From the NCBI RefSeq assembly GCF_964204645.1, contig NC_134025.1:23478299-23542298 (forward strand): a stretch of 64,000 nucleotides of DNA, read 5' to 3'. How positions within the stretch are numbered: position 1 is the stretch's first letter; each line of letters starts with the position of its first letter. A program made the translations under genes and the position numbers. The notes under the pieces were generated by a model. The model saw nothing but the letters and a program-made list of their open reading frames with translations, was not told the origin of the DNA and searched no databases. Of this stretch, positions 11,896-41,611 are shown one piece after another. Source of the DNA: Tubulanus polymorphus (lineage: Eukaryota > Animalia > Nemertea).

Positions 11896-14800
11896 CTAAG
11901 GCTTTGCCAATGGTTTCTTGCCACCATGGAACTCTTCAATACACAAATGACAACTCCAACTTCCTGTATAAAGAGAATAACGATAAATTATATATGGTAT
12001 ATTCAGTATTGATGAGCTGAAAATAGAATTATGTTGATCGCAAACTTACCTTCAGGAGGCTCAGATAAAGGAGGATCCAGGCAGTACATGTGATATCCTC
12101 TGTCGCAGTCATCACAAAATAGCAGCTGATCCTGAACAAAAAATAAGGAAGATTACATGTCAAAAGTGTGACTGAATTAGAAAACTGCATCAATTTGAAT
12201 AACACATTTACACAAATGTTTTAATGATACTTACGTCATTATCTGATGTTCCACACAATCCACATGATTTACATTCAATACACTGCCACGGATACTTCTT
12301 CACAGACAAAATCATATTCGCAGTAAATTGTAGACACGAAGGGTGACCTGTGAACAAAAAATAACAGAATTACAGAATATTCTTTTGAATTTTTCCCCAT
12401 TTTCGAAAGCCTCCAATTCGAAATAATTTTTCGAAGATCTCTTTACCGGATCGTCCACAGTCGGAGCAGGATACAAGTTCTTCTGGCTGATTCGTTTTCT
12501 TGTTTTCAGCCGAATCGCCCAGGCAGAAGTCACAGTACTGACTCGCATTCAGTTTACTAGGGTCCTTTGTAGTTACGGGTTTGCCTGAAAATGTTAGCAA
12601 TTCATAACATGAGAAACTCTTCACACATTAGACGTTTTTCGTATATAAGGCCTTTATACGAGTGAATTATAGTATATTTACTGATGTAAGAAAAAGCTTT
12701 TTCACTAATTTGAACAATATGCTGATTTGAAAATAGCTTGAAAAGTGTATGCCGATCTGAATTGAGAATGCCCATACTTTCAGCAAATTCAAAGAAATTC
12801 GTCTTTAAATCAACCATCCTTGACCTTGCTTGCCATTGCCAGGGTTTGATTGCCACCTGCCGTAAGTCAAACCCAACAAAAACCCTGGCCGCAAACCCTT
12901 CATTGAGTGCGGCCAGGGTTTGTGTTGGTGAGAGCTTTCGGCGGGCGGCAATCAAACCCTGGCCAGCGAGGATGAAATCAACAAGCAAACGTGCAGATTC
13001 TCTCATGAATTATACATAAAGCATGCTTGGTAGAGAAAATCAAGTGCAACCAAGATACAGGCACAAAATATGAAAGGATGCACCATAGGCCTACCTGAAA
13101 TCCAAATATTCATGTACCTCAAAACTTATCAAATTATATATATAGCCTGATAAAGTAAGAAACAATGAGTAACACAGAGGAAGGAACACAAATCTGATAC
13201 AAATTTCTGACAGCGGATAGGGATAAGTGCGTTAAACATGTGCAAAACAACCCAGTGAACTAGAACTGAAAAGAGCCATTGCTAAATATTTGGTATAAAT
13301 TAGAAGACTCAAGACATTATATTTATAAGCTAAATGTCATAGCAAGTGGTTATTAGTGAATTATAACATCCATGCTCAGAACAATCAGTAAACTCAAATT
13401 GTTTCATTAACTCAGGCAGTTATATCATTTATAGGCTTCAGCTTTATCCGAGTAACAGCTACTCCTGCCACTATTGTGCACCTAAATCAGTGGTTAGATT
13501 CGCAAAATTAAATACCGGTAATATATATTATAGCACCAGAGCAGTCAGTGTTTATTGAAGCACTACAAGCAAGCATTGGCGACAAGGGACATAATGAAAT
13601 GCATCATTAGTGTGCGACTAACATATAAATCATCAATTAATTCAGATCAGTGAAGCTATTTCAATGTTGTATTATTTGAATTTTTGAAATTACATATATC
13701 TTAATAGTCTGAACTTTTATAGAACAAACTTTATTCAGTTTGTTCAAAAAAGTCTGCAAATAGCAGGACACCCTCGTGATTCAATTCGACTCGGACTAAA
13801 ATAGTTCTTTTCAATTATCGACCAAGTCCACTGTGAAATCTCAAATCATACCAAATCTGGGCGTGTAATCATATCTTTTGAAATTGATTTATTTGATTAA
13901 TTCGCACATCAACGACAGTTAGAATACCACCACGGGAATGAAGCTATGAAGCAAAGCTTGATACTGTAAATACGAAATACCCTCATCAACCACTGGAGAC
14001 GTGGCCGGGATGGTCGAGGGAATCTTAGGCGAAGGCGCACTAGATTCATCGTGGGCGTCGACCATTCCGCTATGAAAATGTGTCAAATGATAAGTTAAAC
14101 CTGGTCTCGTCTTGTAACGGGCCCCGCACACTGAAAATGATCGTACATATTAAACGGAGAGAAATTATCATGAGAATATATGTGTAAAGAATAATAAACC
14201 CAGTCATACTAGAAATTACCCCCAATGATCAATATATGTTATTTCATGTCTTTGTGGCGAGATATAATCATCGTTTCCATTCTTAATTACTAACATAAAA
14301 TCTAACAAATATATATATATATCTATATGTAAGATATCGTTTGACTGCCCTGGAAAAATAAAACAGCGAAAATAGTATTCGTCCATCCCATAATCTGTAT
14401 ATTTTCAGTCGGAGTTGTCTAGATTCTCATCGACAGAAACCAATCAATAATACAAACAGTATTTTATAAATGTTTTGCGTATAAATGAAAGAATTAACTT
14501 AAAAAGGTCAACAACATTTATAGTAGATCTAATATATATGTATATATAATTCGTAAACACTCTATGAGGGTACCATGTATTGATACGTACTGTCACATCC
14601 AAATGGCTTCTCTTTCTCTTCAGGAAATGCTTCTTTCTCGAGATTCTTTTTTCGCCCTCTTCCACCGCCCTACAACACACAGGAATATTTAAATCCCACT
14701 TAAAAAGTGGTCCGAAATGCTCGACAATCGAAATTTACCAAATTCATTATAAATCAAACAAGGTGTAGCAATACTAGCTTTGGGAGATACACATTAAAAA

Positions 14801-15592
14801 TATATGCCTATCATCAAGTTTAAGAAGCACCCAAACCAGTGAACAAATAATCATTATACAATATAAATATATATTCATTAACTTGAATCAACTGAACTAT
14901 GATTGAATAAGTCAACGGTTATCTTACCCTGGTTCCCTTTTTGCGTCTTTTCTTATAAGTCTCTTCATAGTCGCTGTAATCGGACAAACGATCCTCCATC
15001 TCACCAGCGTCTGGTGGATCGCTGAACCCGTCGAGGTCCTCGTACCAGCCCGATTCTTTCACCATCTGATCGTATTCACCCCCTTGATCATCTTTCAATG
15101 CCGGATTTTCGACCGTGTTGATTTGATGCATATCTGTTGTAAGATATAAGATAAACGATGATCACATTATTACATGGATCAGACCAGTATATTCAGTACC
15201 TTTATTCAATCATTCTGGTCATGGAAAACATATTAACTACCTGAATCAAGTTCGCCACTCTTTCTGGACTGGTATTCCAAGTATGCACGCTTCTTTTTTT
15301 TCCACCTTCTTGCTGGATAACTGTATATCTGATACGGACTGACACCTGAGTAAACAAACTCACAGTATTGAATGAAAATAATCTAAGTAATAGGCCAATC
15401 ATGAACATACGACTACACTTGTAATTTACCTTGCAATCTGAATTGTTTGTTGTGCCAGAGATAACAATCATTCTGCGCTACACCCGTATGGGTATCGATG
15501 AATGGCAATCTTGTTTTTCGTTCATTTTTTAAATGCACGTTGAAAGAAGCGCAGCTTTCCATGAGCTGCCTGTAAGATTGACCCTCCAGCAT
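11896..15592 (-). CDS. d4-family zinc finger / double-PHD protein (DPF1/2/3, requiem; BAF45 subunit)
   Basis: Requiem N-domain ([28 protein letters not shown]); C2H2 finger [24 protein letters not shown]; tandem [11 protein letters not shown]...[15 protein letters not shown]...[36 protein letters not shown]...WSCHLC. Stop at 11896-11898. The ATG at 15592 is the likely start, with a probable UTR exon ending near 16058. Confidence 0.93.
12838..12963. repeat. Nested palindromic (foldback) MITE-like element in a DPF intron
   Basis: Two ~56-bp arms are imperfect reverse complements around a ~14-bp spacer. Each arm is itself bounded by the inverted repeats GCCAGGGTTT...AAACCCTGGC. Confidence 0.8.
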
Positions 15593-16525
15593 GATGTTGT
15601 GAATGTCTATAACAGGCTAATGATAACTGAAATTAAAATGAATAACTGAATCTTAAGGAGACATCAGGCAGAAGAGCATAGGCCTTGCCCTAGCCTTTTA
15701 GCCAGCCAGGTTAGCAAGCGAACTACGACACATGATGCAGTCGTGCAGAACTAGAAAAGCAACTGACTTAATTTTATATCAAAAATAGCTTGACTATATT
15801 TTCAAACAGGGTACTTTGTAAACAATAAATTAGATCGAAATCGAGATGCCATTTACCACAATTGTAATAATTAGTACAATAAAATATACATTGGAATTGA
15901 ATTTACATAGTCAGGATAGCTCCGTTTCAATTTAGATGAAGTTTTTTCCACGAATGAACCACCACATTTCGATGTTAATATTATCAATAATACAGTTATT
16001 ACAATTAATTTCTCCTAGTCAAATTCGTCGTTTATGCAAAATCAAGAGAGTAAATTACCTTTTACGAGACCAAAAAAACAAAACAATGAGAACTCCTTCT
16101 ATAACATACAGTAATAACTTATTCGTATTCTTCATAATCAGATAAGAACCAGTGGGTTCGAATCCTGTTATCAGCACCATTTTAAAGTACGGAGTCAAAA
16201 TCCTGAAAATCCACCAATCTAGCAACACCGCAGATTTAAAAATATTTCGAAACAAAATTTTTTATTTCGTCTTCATATATAATTCATTTTTATTCGGAAT
16301 GTAGCAGTACATACAGGCAGGAGGGTTCAACATGTCATTTATAAAGCCATTAACTAACAATATAAGATGAAATTTAACATTCTAATAATTCTAAAATCAT
16401 TTCTCAACAAATCACTTTGGTAATAAGTGGATAATGATATGTAAAATCTTAAAAATCTATAAAATGATAAAATCATGAATGATTTCTGGATTTAAAGAGG
16501 TCAATGGCAGATGATTTTGGAAGTT

Positions 16526-16606
16526 AGAAAAACAGCTTCACGGCTATAATAACACCATCATGCACAGAAAAACAGCTTCATGGCTATAATAACACAATCA
16601 TGCACA
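16526..16606. repeat. 40-bp tandem repeat, 2 copies
   Basis: AGAAAAACAGCTTCAYGGCTATAATAACACMATCATGCAC repeated twice, in the probable 3' UTR of the C7orf57-like gene. Confidence 0.9.
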
Positions 16607-16866
16607 AACATATGCTAAAACTTTTCTAATCTTTGTTTAAAATATAAGCAAATTTAACAGTTCTCATACCGGTACCATAAAAGTAAAATCAGATAAAATC
16701 CTTTAAACTAAATATACAAATACTCCTATACATGAACATAAATGCCACAAATACATTTTCTGCTGTTTTAACAAGCGGAATATTCATTGCCGACACATGC
16801 GAATATTATACAATACATCGATGCATTCAGTTATTTTAGAAATTGAAAAAAATTGTTGCAATTTTC

Positions 16867-19582
16867 TTAAGAGGGCACTTCAACGGAATGGCCACCTATG
16901 TTCGTATCAACCTTTGCAGGAACATTCTTGAATCTGAAAAGAAGTGTCTATTAGTCAGAAATCGAAAATGGTATATCAACCAATTAATACCGGTAATTGA
17001 AGATTTCCAAAAAATACCTACTTGCTCAATTTAAACATATTTTCTACGTCTTTTTCTATTTTTGCCATCTCTTGTTTCAGATTGACCCCATCTCCACCGT
17101 CATTACTCTGGGCTCTTCGTCCGTATTTTGGTCTAAAATAATACGCATGAAAGCAACAGTGTAACTAACTTTTTCACTTCTATGAAAATTCACCAAAATA
17201 GCTTCTTAGCAATAAGCCATCATACCTGCGAGAATCTTTAGTCGCTACACTGAACACCTCTTGATATTCGCTCCTTGTTCCAGCTTCGGATTTTGATGGT
17301 TTCATATGATGTTTACCATCTGCACCTTTCGGTTTGTGACTATGCTCCAGGTCTAATTTCTCTTGAAGTTTATCATACCACATTTGTTCATACGATCCAG
17401 CAATTATTCTTGCCATTGTTGTTCTGTCCTCTCCAGTCGGTTCTCTGAATGAAACCAAACAAATTTTTTTAAAGTACATTCAAATCCATTTGCAGCTGAT
17501 TAATTTGTATCCATTAAGTTCATAAAATCTTTGAAGTCCAAATCACTTATAATTTTGTAATAATCATAATTCATATTTTCACTCAATTCATCAGTATTTT
17601 TCAGTCCCTTTCTGCACATCCTATACTATTTCAGTCACTCAATTCATATAAATAAAATTTCTTGCCAATTCATAGAAGTTTGCAAACTATCTTTTGGCTG
17701 TTATACCTGTGAAATGGTAACTTTCATTTCAAGAACTAATATAGCATTAATTTGACCCTGGATTTATCATACAATCACCAAGTAAGCAGTTTATACCCTA
17801 TAGGTCAATAGAATAAATAAAAGTTTGCAGTCACATATTTTGTATTACACTTACTTATATTGTATAGAAAATTGCCGACGACAAATTGATACCTGACTAC
17901 GGTATCTATCTCATTCTATAGACTTAATTGTTTGATGCAAAGTCCCAATTTTACAATAAAACTTACACATTTTTTTTTCTACCAGCTGAAGATTTCGCTG
18001 ATTTAGGGGTGGCTATTGTAACATTGCGTACTGGTTTAATTGTTTGATGCAAAGTCCCAATTTTACAATAAAACTTACACATTTTTTTTTCTACCAGCTG
18101 AAGATTTCGCTGATTTAGGGGTGGCTATTGTAACATTGCGTACTGGTTTATCTTTCATTTTGTCGGCTCGTACACCAAATCCCGGTTTCTTTATCTCAGG
18201 GATACGAATTCTTTTATCGGTGACGCCTTCACCTTCACGTTCATAAACGGTTTGTTTATCCGCTGCATAAGGGCACCGCTGTGGTTTGAAGTCAGTCTGT
18301 GATTCGTTGTCATTTTCATTACCTTTATAGGTGTCGTGAACCATATAGTCCGGCAGCAGGAACTCATAGTCGCTACATGAAAAAGATTAAAACTTCAGGT
18401 TATTCTACTGGTCATTCATGTCAAATACCGGTAACATCCTCAACCATCAATACAAGTTCAAATCCTAATCTAAATCCCAGAAAATCTACGGTTTCCCTAG
18501 TTGTTTGAGAAGGGAACAACTGCTAGATACTAAACAACTTAAAATGCTGGTCACAAAACTGATCATATTTTTATCATATACCCGGTAAGAAAAAAAAATT
18601 TTCTTATACACATATTTCATAAACAAGACGTCCTTTTGTATCAAACATGATGTTGATCAGATCTTGGTCAAAATTTCAGTTGCTAAACATTTTGCCTGCC
18701 GATTTAGGATGTGATTCTTACTTCTTAACATCATCCCCTTTAGCTTCTTGTTCGTGGAGGGCGTTATCCTCTTGATAAAACCAGTCGCATCTGGCGTACG
18801 GCTTCGGTTCATTTGAACGAGGCTTTGGATCGCGAAACTGTAGCAAGTCTGCGGATAAAAATACCATAACATACAGGACACATTGATTTTTGATTAAAGA
18901 TCATAATTTTTCCGTTATTTTAGTATTGCAGAAGATGACTATTAGGATATAATTGAAACGTTGAAATAAACTATAGCTCAGTGAAACCTTTCCAACTCAT
19001 TTTTCATTTTGTCATGCAGGATCTTATAGTGTTACTTATAAGTCAAATTATGCGTATACATTCTAAGTATCCTAAGTAATACTTAAAGTTTAAAATACTT
19101 TTAGTACCTTGTCTGCCACCTTGTTTAGCAAGGCGAATATATGCTGAATCTGATTCTTTGATCCATCCTCTTTGACCTTCATCAGCGGCTTCAGGTGGTA
19201 TTTCATTTAATCCGGGTATCTGAGACATAAGTCCATAATCAACTGGCGGTGCTGGTGGATCAGTTTTTGGTTTCGGAGGCGCAAAATACATCCATCCTAT
19301 TCAATCAAATATTAATTCATACAAAATTCGATGCAGGTACTTTATAACGGAACTTTACGTGCGCAACCTTAATAATCTAAACTAAAAATTAACCAATAAA
19401 AGTTAATTGAATTTTGATTTTTTAGACTTCAGTCAGACAGTGTTGTTAATAAAAGAATCAACAACATGAATATCAATTCTCTTCGAGTTTGAGACGGCAA
19501 AATCCTGAAATCCAGATTACACAATGCAAAATGTTAGTTAGTTAACGTTACCTAGTTCATTCGTTTTTTGACTTGTAGCCAT
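16867..19582 (-). CDS. C7orf57-like protein
   Basis: Exon 19552-19582 (MATSQKTNEL) splices to GWMYFAPP...SQIPGL...GWIKESDSAYIRLAKQGGR, which matches my recollection of the C7orf57 family motif. Later exons follow near 18.7, 18.1-18.4, 17.2-17.4 and 17.0-17.1 kb, ending FKLSKFKNVPAKVDT...PS*. Confidence 0.75.
17924..18150. repeat. 112-bp near-perfect tandem duplication containing an exon 3' end and its splice donor
   Basis: TTTGATGCAAAGTCCC...ACTTACAC...CGTACTGGTTTA occurs starting at 17931 and again at 18043. Confidence 0.95.
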
Positions 19583-20364
19583 GGTTTAATAAAGCGTGCT
19601 TTGAACACAATTTACGAGAGGAAAATGAAACTGAAGTTGTTTTACTAAACGCTGTTGCTTAGCACCGCACATCCGCGTCCTTGAGATCCGTTCGTAACCG
19701 AAACAATATATTGAATTGAATTTGTGTTCAATTCAATAAAACGAGCGCTGTCGATTTTGAAATAACCAAGGCCTTCGACGTTTTGTTTTCGGTGTGAAAA
19801 TGCGCTTTTTGTGTTTTTAAACGTGAACAACGCGCTGACTGAATGAATTTAATGCTGCCAATCGCGAATCAATAGCTGTATATCTATCGTCTCAATCGGT
19901 GACAAATTTTCTTCAGTTTCTCTGGTGCGAAAATATAATTCTAAAATAGTTTAATGTTTAAATTCAAGACAAATTAAGATTTTATTATTTAATTATTACC
20001 ACATATTACGTTTTTGGCCGAGCAGTGAGCGAAGTTAAGCTTTAAGATTTTCGTAGTCATTTCGAATTCATGATTAAAGAAGGCAGGCCATGTACCTATA
20101 CAGTCCAAATCCCTTAGAAGGAAAACAGCGCGATTATGAAGTTTGTTCTTCATGAAATCCTTCCTCGCTCAACGAGTCAACTGTCACTGGAGTGTTGGAG
20201 AACCAACTGGACGAATAGACGTTCCAGGCATCTACCGCCGATCAGTTCCTGCTGCTAAGTGCCAGGCCTACTTTCTTCCACCAAAATCCTTCTAAATAAT
20301 TATAAATGATTTTTGCAGGTTAGGGCCAGGGAACCAGATTACTCTTGCGAATAACGATTAAGCC

Positions 20365-21847
20365 ATGGACAACCCATTTACCTCTTCGTTCGGTCAGCCT
20401 CAACCGGTGCATGTAAGTTATAAGAAAAACCCTGCAGAAAATACGATGGTATATATTCACCACATATATCTTATTGATATATTAATGTAAACTTTTTTTT
20501 CAGCCAAATATGTTAGCTCCTCCAGGAATGATGACTGCTGGAAGTTTTGTGGCTCCAAATACCATGTCAATGGTTCCACCTGGATCTGTTGGTGGTCTAT
20601 ATCCGGCGACACCTGCTACACCGATGACACCAGCCACACCTGCTACTGAGGCATCTGGTGTCCCAGTACCGCAACTTCAGTAAGTAGTTTCGTCAGTTCA
20701 ATGTCAAAAAGATTCCAGACCGGCCCCAGGGGATTTACAAACATTGATGGTCCGTAATGTTTAATCCCTTGGAAAAAGCACATGGCTGCAATACCTCTAG
20801 AGAGATATCAATGGTCCAATGCCATTAAACCTTCATATTTGCTTGCAGAAATATCGTGTGCACCGTAAACTTAGGGTGTAAGCTAGATCTGAAAAAGATA
20901 GCCCTCCACGCTAGAAATGCTGAATACAACCCGAAACGTTTCGCAGCGGTCATCATGAGAATTCGAGACCCAAGAACAACTGCTTTAATTTTCAGCTCAG
21001 GAAAAATGGTGTGCACCGGGGCCAAAAGGTAATAAACACTGTCTCATTGTCAGAGGTCACTCAAAATTGCTGTATTCATGTGCGAAAAATTCCTATTATT
21101 ATTTTCTGTTGTGCATATTTATGAGTTACTTGCTTCATTTCCAGCGAAGAAGAAGCGAAACTTGCTGCCAGGAAATATGCTAGAATTGTTCAGAAGTTAG
21201 GATTTCCGGTTAGTATTGTTTTTAAATCCTCAAGAATTTTATAGCTTTGAATTATATTTCTGTCATTCTATGATAGAACGTTAAGACCGTTATCTCCTGA
21301 AATCAAACGTTTTGAAATCTCTTACTTTCTGCTCTGCCTAACTTCTTGGCATGATTTTTTTGCAGGCAAAGTTTCTGGATTTTAAGATTCAGAACATGGT
21401 TGGTAGTTGCGATGTTAAATTTCCGATTCGTTTAGAAGGTTTAGTTTTAAGGCACGGACAATTCTCAAGGTGAGTATTTCACGTGGATCTGAAATCTGCG
21501 CCGTAATTAGATATTTCAAATTCGGAGTTTAAAATAATTGATAAATGTTGTACTTTCTTTTCAGTTACGAACCGGAATTATTTCCTGGTCTCATTTATCG
21601 TATGGTGAAACCTAGAATCGTACTATTGATATTTGTGTCCGGAAAAGTTGTACTTACAGGTAAAATAATTTTGATACTTAGAAAATACCCGGTACAAAAT
21701 TTGAATCTTTGTTGTGTATTATCATTATCGTCACTTTCATATAACTTACAAGGTTTTATCATATGTTTTACAGGAGCAAAAGTAAGATCAGAAATCTACG
21801 AAGCATTCAACAATATATACCCGATTCTAAAAGGATTTCGGAAATAG
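20365..21847 (+). CDS. TBP: TATA-box-binding protein
   Basis: Exons 20365-20412, 20504-20679, 20849-21028, ~21145-21208, ~21366-21469, ~21565-21659 and ~21774-21847. They give [10 protein letters not shown], then the core [40 protein letters not shown]...[13 protein letters not shown]...[10 protein letters not shown]. An AATAAA lies at ~22681. Confidence 0.97.
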
Positions 21848-24800
21848 TATAAGTTTCATCTTGTATGTCAGATTTTTTCAACCTGTGTTTATAATTTGGC
21901 TTGTATAAATTATCTTGTGAAAATACTGTTTGTGTTGTACTGTGGACACTCGTCAATGGAAGTTTCGATGCATTTAAGTAAAAACCTACTGACTGTATAA
22001 TAAGGTTTTTTTCACATTTAAATCATGGACAATTCGTTTACAAGAATGCTGAAATTTGATACTTTCTCATGATTCTAGTATGACTCCGTATAATGCATAC
22101 ATGCTCCTTACTGTGTTAAGAGTCTTTGATGATAATGTTCTTCATTAACGCCTCATACTCATAGGCCCTGAGCCAAAGAATTCATGGGGTACTTGGTTTT
22201 GACTAGTGGATTTTACTAGGTATTGAGAATATATTTTTTACTACAGAGAAGGCTGTAGAAAAGGGCACAGATTTAATGGAAAAGGCGGCCAGGGGCCTGT
22301 GTTAACTGCTGATTCTGATCATATTGCAGCTCGGCTTATGAGAACAAATTTATTTGCAAACCTTTTATTATTGAAATTTGTTGATGAAGTAAGATGTTAA
22401 ATGTACTGATTTTATGTCCTGTCTATGATATCGGGTCCATCCAGGCTAGTTATTTCAAAGTCGTAGGGCCTGTCAGTTTGAATGAAGCAGATACAATGCA
22501 GACCAAGTTTTAGAGAAATCCCTACTGGTATGTTATTTTTCCTGAGTGCCATTGAAAATACTCGAGAGGGGCATTTAATCATGTAATAATGTGTGTATGA
22601 TTGTGGTCAAGTTATATTTGCTAGAAACTAAAAATGTGCTGTATATAATTGTAAATACTTTTGTTATCAAAAATTTTAGAAATAAAATTGAAATAATTGT
22701 CAATTCCCTGTGCTATTCAATTCACTTTTGTGTTCCTTCGATACTTCAGATGTAAGATTGTGTTCCAATTTTAAACTTCACAGTGTTGCCTTGCCCTTGG
22801 AGGCCATATCTTGGCCCTGCAATGTGCTAACCATTACTAGAATCAGAGAATGACTGAATTTGAGCTACCGTAGCTCGATATGGATCCAGAAACTTGAACC
22901 GAACTCCATTTTAAACCTAGAAATTCCTTGGATTTACTATAGATTGGCAGGAAGTGGCCATCCTGTGGAAAATCAGAAAACTTAATTTACGAACACACTA
23001 GCCTATTTAGCCACGGATAATTGTAATGGCTTTAAAGCTAGGCTGAAGAGAAATTACCCCAAACTTTAAACACTAAGATGAAAAGTACAAATTAAAGGAA
23101 ACAAAACATATATTTCATTTCAGATAGAGTATCACTAGAAGCCAGGTTTTTATTGGCCCTCATTTACAAAAGCAATGAAGAAACAGATGAAATGATATTC
23201 ACATCCATTTCCGCTCATATACTTAAAAATAAAAACAAAGCATCTTTTTACTTCCATTCAGAGGCTCCAGGAAATGAAATTAATACGTTAAATATTTCAT
23301 ATCTGTTGAAACTAAAACATTCATTGTTAAAGCACCAAAATTATCTTAAAAATATCCTTAAATAATACAATCACCCATGATCCATTGCTAGCTATAATAG
23401 GAATAGTAGTTCTAAACTATCACGGAGGTTGCCATTTGAATCATCAACTACTTACGATAGCAGGGAGCCTGATAAACTGCTCTAGTAATAGTAACTTGGT
23501 GATAATTTTTCTATTTGAAGATGTGACCACAACTATCAAAAATGATTGCACAAACAATAGATAACCGAATAAAGCTCATTGGTAGAAAGTACTAAAGGCT
23601 GACCATATCAAAATTCGGTTTTACTATTTTTGATGACTACAGATATGAAATACACATTGAATTCATAGGTTTAACAACCTTAATACATGAAAATGTAATT
23701 TACAGAAACATAAATTTCTTACGAAGAATCTCATCACATCACTTGGGATGAAACATACATATCAGCAACCTTTTTCTATGACATGTTGAACGTATACATA
23801 CTGGTATTGACTAGTTTTATTCAAAACTTTGTGAAGAGCCTCTTTTGTTGAAAAAAAAGAAAACTTAGCCTGGCATGATATACTGTATTGTAGCCATCTT
23901 TGAGGCTGAAAAAATAAATCCTTATAATAATAGCAGTTTGCTTTGGAAATAAGTATTAAATTTTGCGATTTAAGCCACAGCAAAAAGCTTACGGTAAATG
24001 GTGTGAAAACAATTCCTAATACTTAAGTCTTCACTGAAAGGTCTGAACCAAGAATTGTTCTATTTTGTTAGAAATTTTGATTCTTTATTTTTTTTTCATT
24101 CAGTACTTCAGACAACCCATCCAGACAAAAAACCAAATACGTGGGATTAAGCAATCGATAATTCCATGGACTCTAAAACGAAAGTCCATAATAATAAATC
24201 GTACAAATAAACAACCTTTATTTGATAACAAATATTCATCTTATTTTCTATGTTTATCGGTCCAAAAAGTGCATCAACAATGTAATAGTTGCTTGAAAAT
24301 ATAAAACAAAACAACCTGGTTTACCGATTTGAAATGAAGGAATTCTGCGCCATAGAAAAGATGGTAGCTTATTTAATATTCCATTACCAATATTCCAGCT
24401 AGAGCGGTTCTTAATCACGAAAACCATATCATAACAAGAGATCCACTATGATATGTAAAACATTAAATACCTAATAAAGTTTTTTGCATGCTATGAAGAG
24501 TCACGAACATTTAGGATGTCATAGTTACGTAATCATTGTACAATAATCCATTCGCATAGATGTTCTTGTTCAGCAAAAGTTTTAGAAACCTTTCGAACCT
24601 TATGAAATGTTTCTATTCGATCTTACCATAATTTTCACACATTATGTCAGAATGATATTGAGAATATGTTCTCATAAGATTAATATACACCAAGATATCT
24701 CTTTATTACGATGTTATGCTATTTCCTACAGAATTACGGCACATGAAGTAATCACATGTAGACATATACATTAAAACATGCACACAGTTGGACACCAATG

Positions 24801-25421
24801 ATACAAGATGTTAAATTTCATTCTAATATTTTCTTGTAAACAACCAATAATATAATGATAATTGCATTGTTAACGAAATAATTTCATCACATGAATCAAA
24901 TACCTACTTTAGAGTTAACACATTTGAGTTAATTTACTTATTAGAACTAGTTATCACATCTGCCGTAAAATGTTCGAGTATAATGATGTAATATGGTAAC
25001 AATCTACAAACCACTGAACTCTTTTCTTCAAACACTTACACTAAGTTTTGATATTAATTCTGAAGATGATATAAGAAGACAATGAAAAGTTGGAAAGTTT
25101 GATGAAACAAAAGGATGTTGATAAAGCATGTACTGGGTTGAGTTTTTACAAGAATCGTGTTAATCATTGTGCTACCCGTTCAGCGACAACCAAAAGCAAC
25201 TAGCAGAAAAAATCTATGTTAGTAATTCATTTGAAAGCTGCTGAACTTGTCGTTCTAATTCAAAATATATCAATATGAAACATCTTATCACCATTTTCTC
25301 TTCATTTACAGTCCAATGATAAAGAAACATTCATGCTTGAAAATAGTTTCGAATTTCCATTTAGAAAACAGCTGTATTTGGTTATTTTCTTTTTGCTTAG
25401 CATACATTAAAACTGGCGTCG

Positions 25422-41611
<16,190 letters not shown>

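Noticed and set aside
12602-13019. 134-aa and 93-aa ORFs in the DPF intron
   Set aside because: They arise from the GC-rich palindromic repeat and have no recognisable protein motif.
13090-13101. TTTCAG|GTAGG on the minus strand, a possible recursive splice site or DPF3a-like alternative exon
   Set aside because: The motif is short and expected by chance, the intron is only ~1.4 kb, and no coding signal supports it.
16526-18150. Direct repeats as a possible CRISPR-like array
   Set aside because: These are only two-copy head-to-tail duplications without spacers, in eukaryotic DNA with no cas genes.
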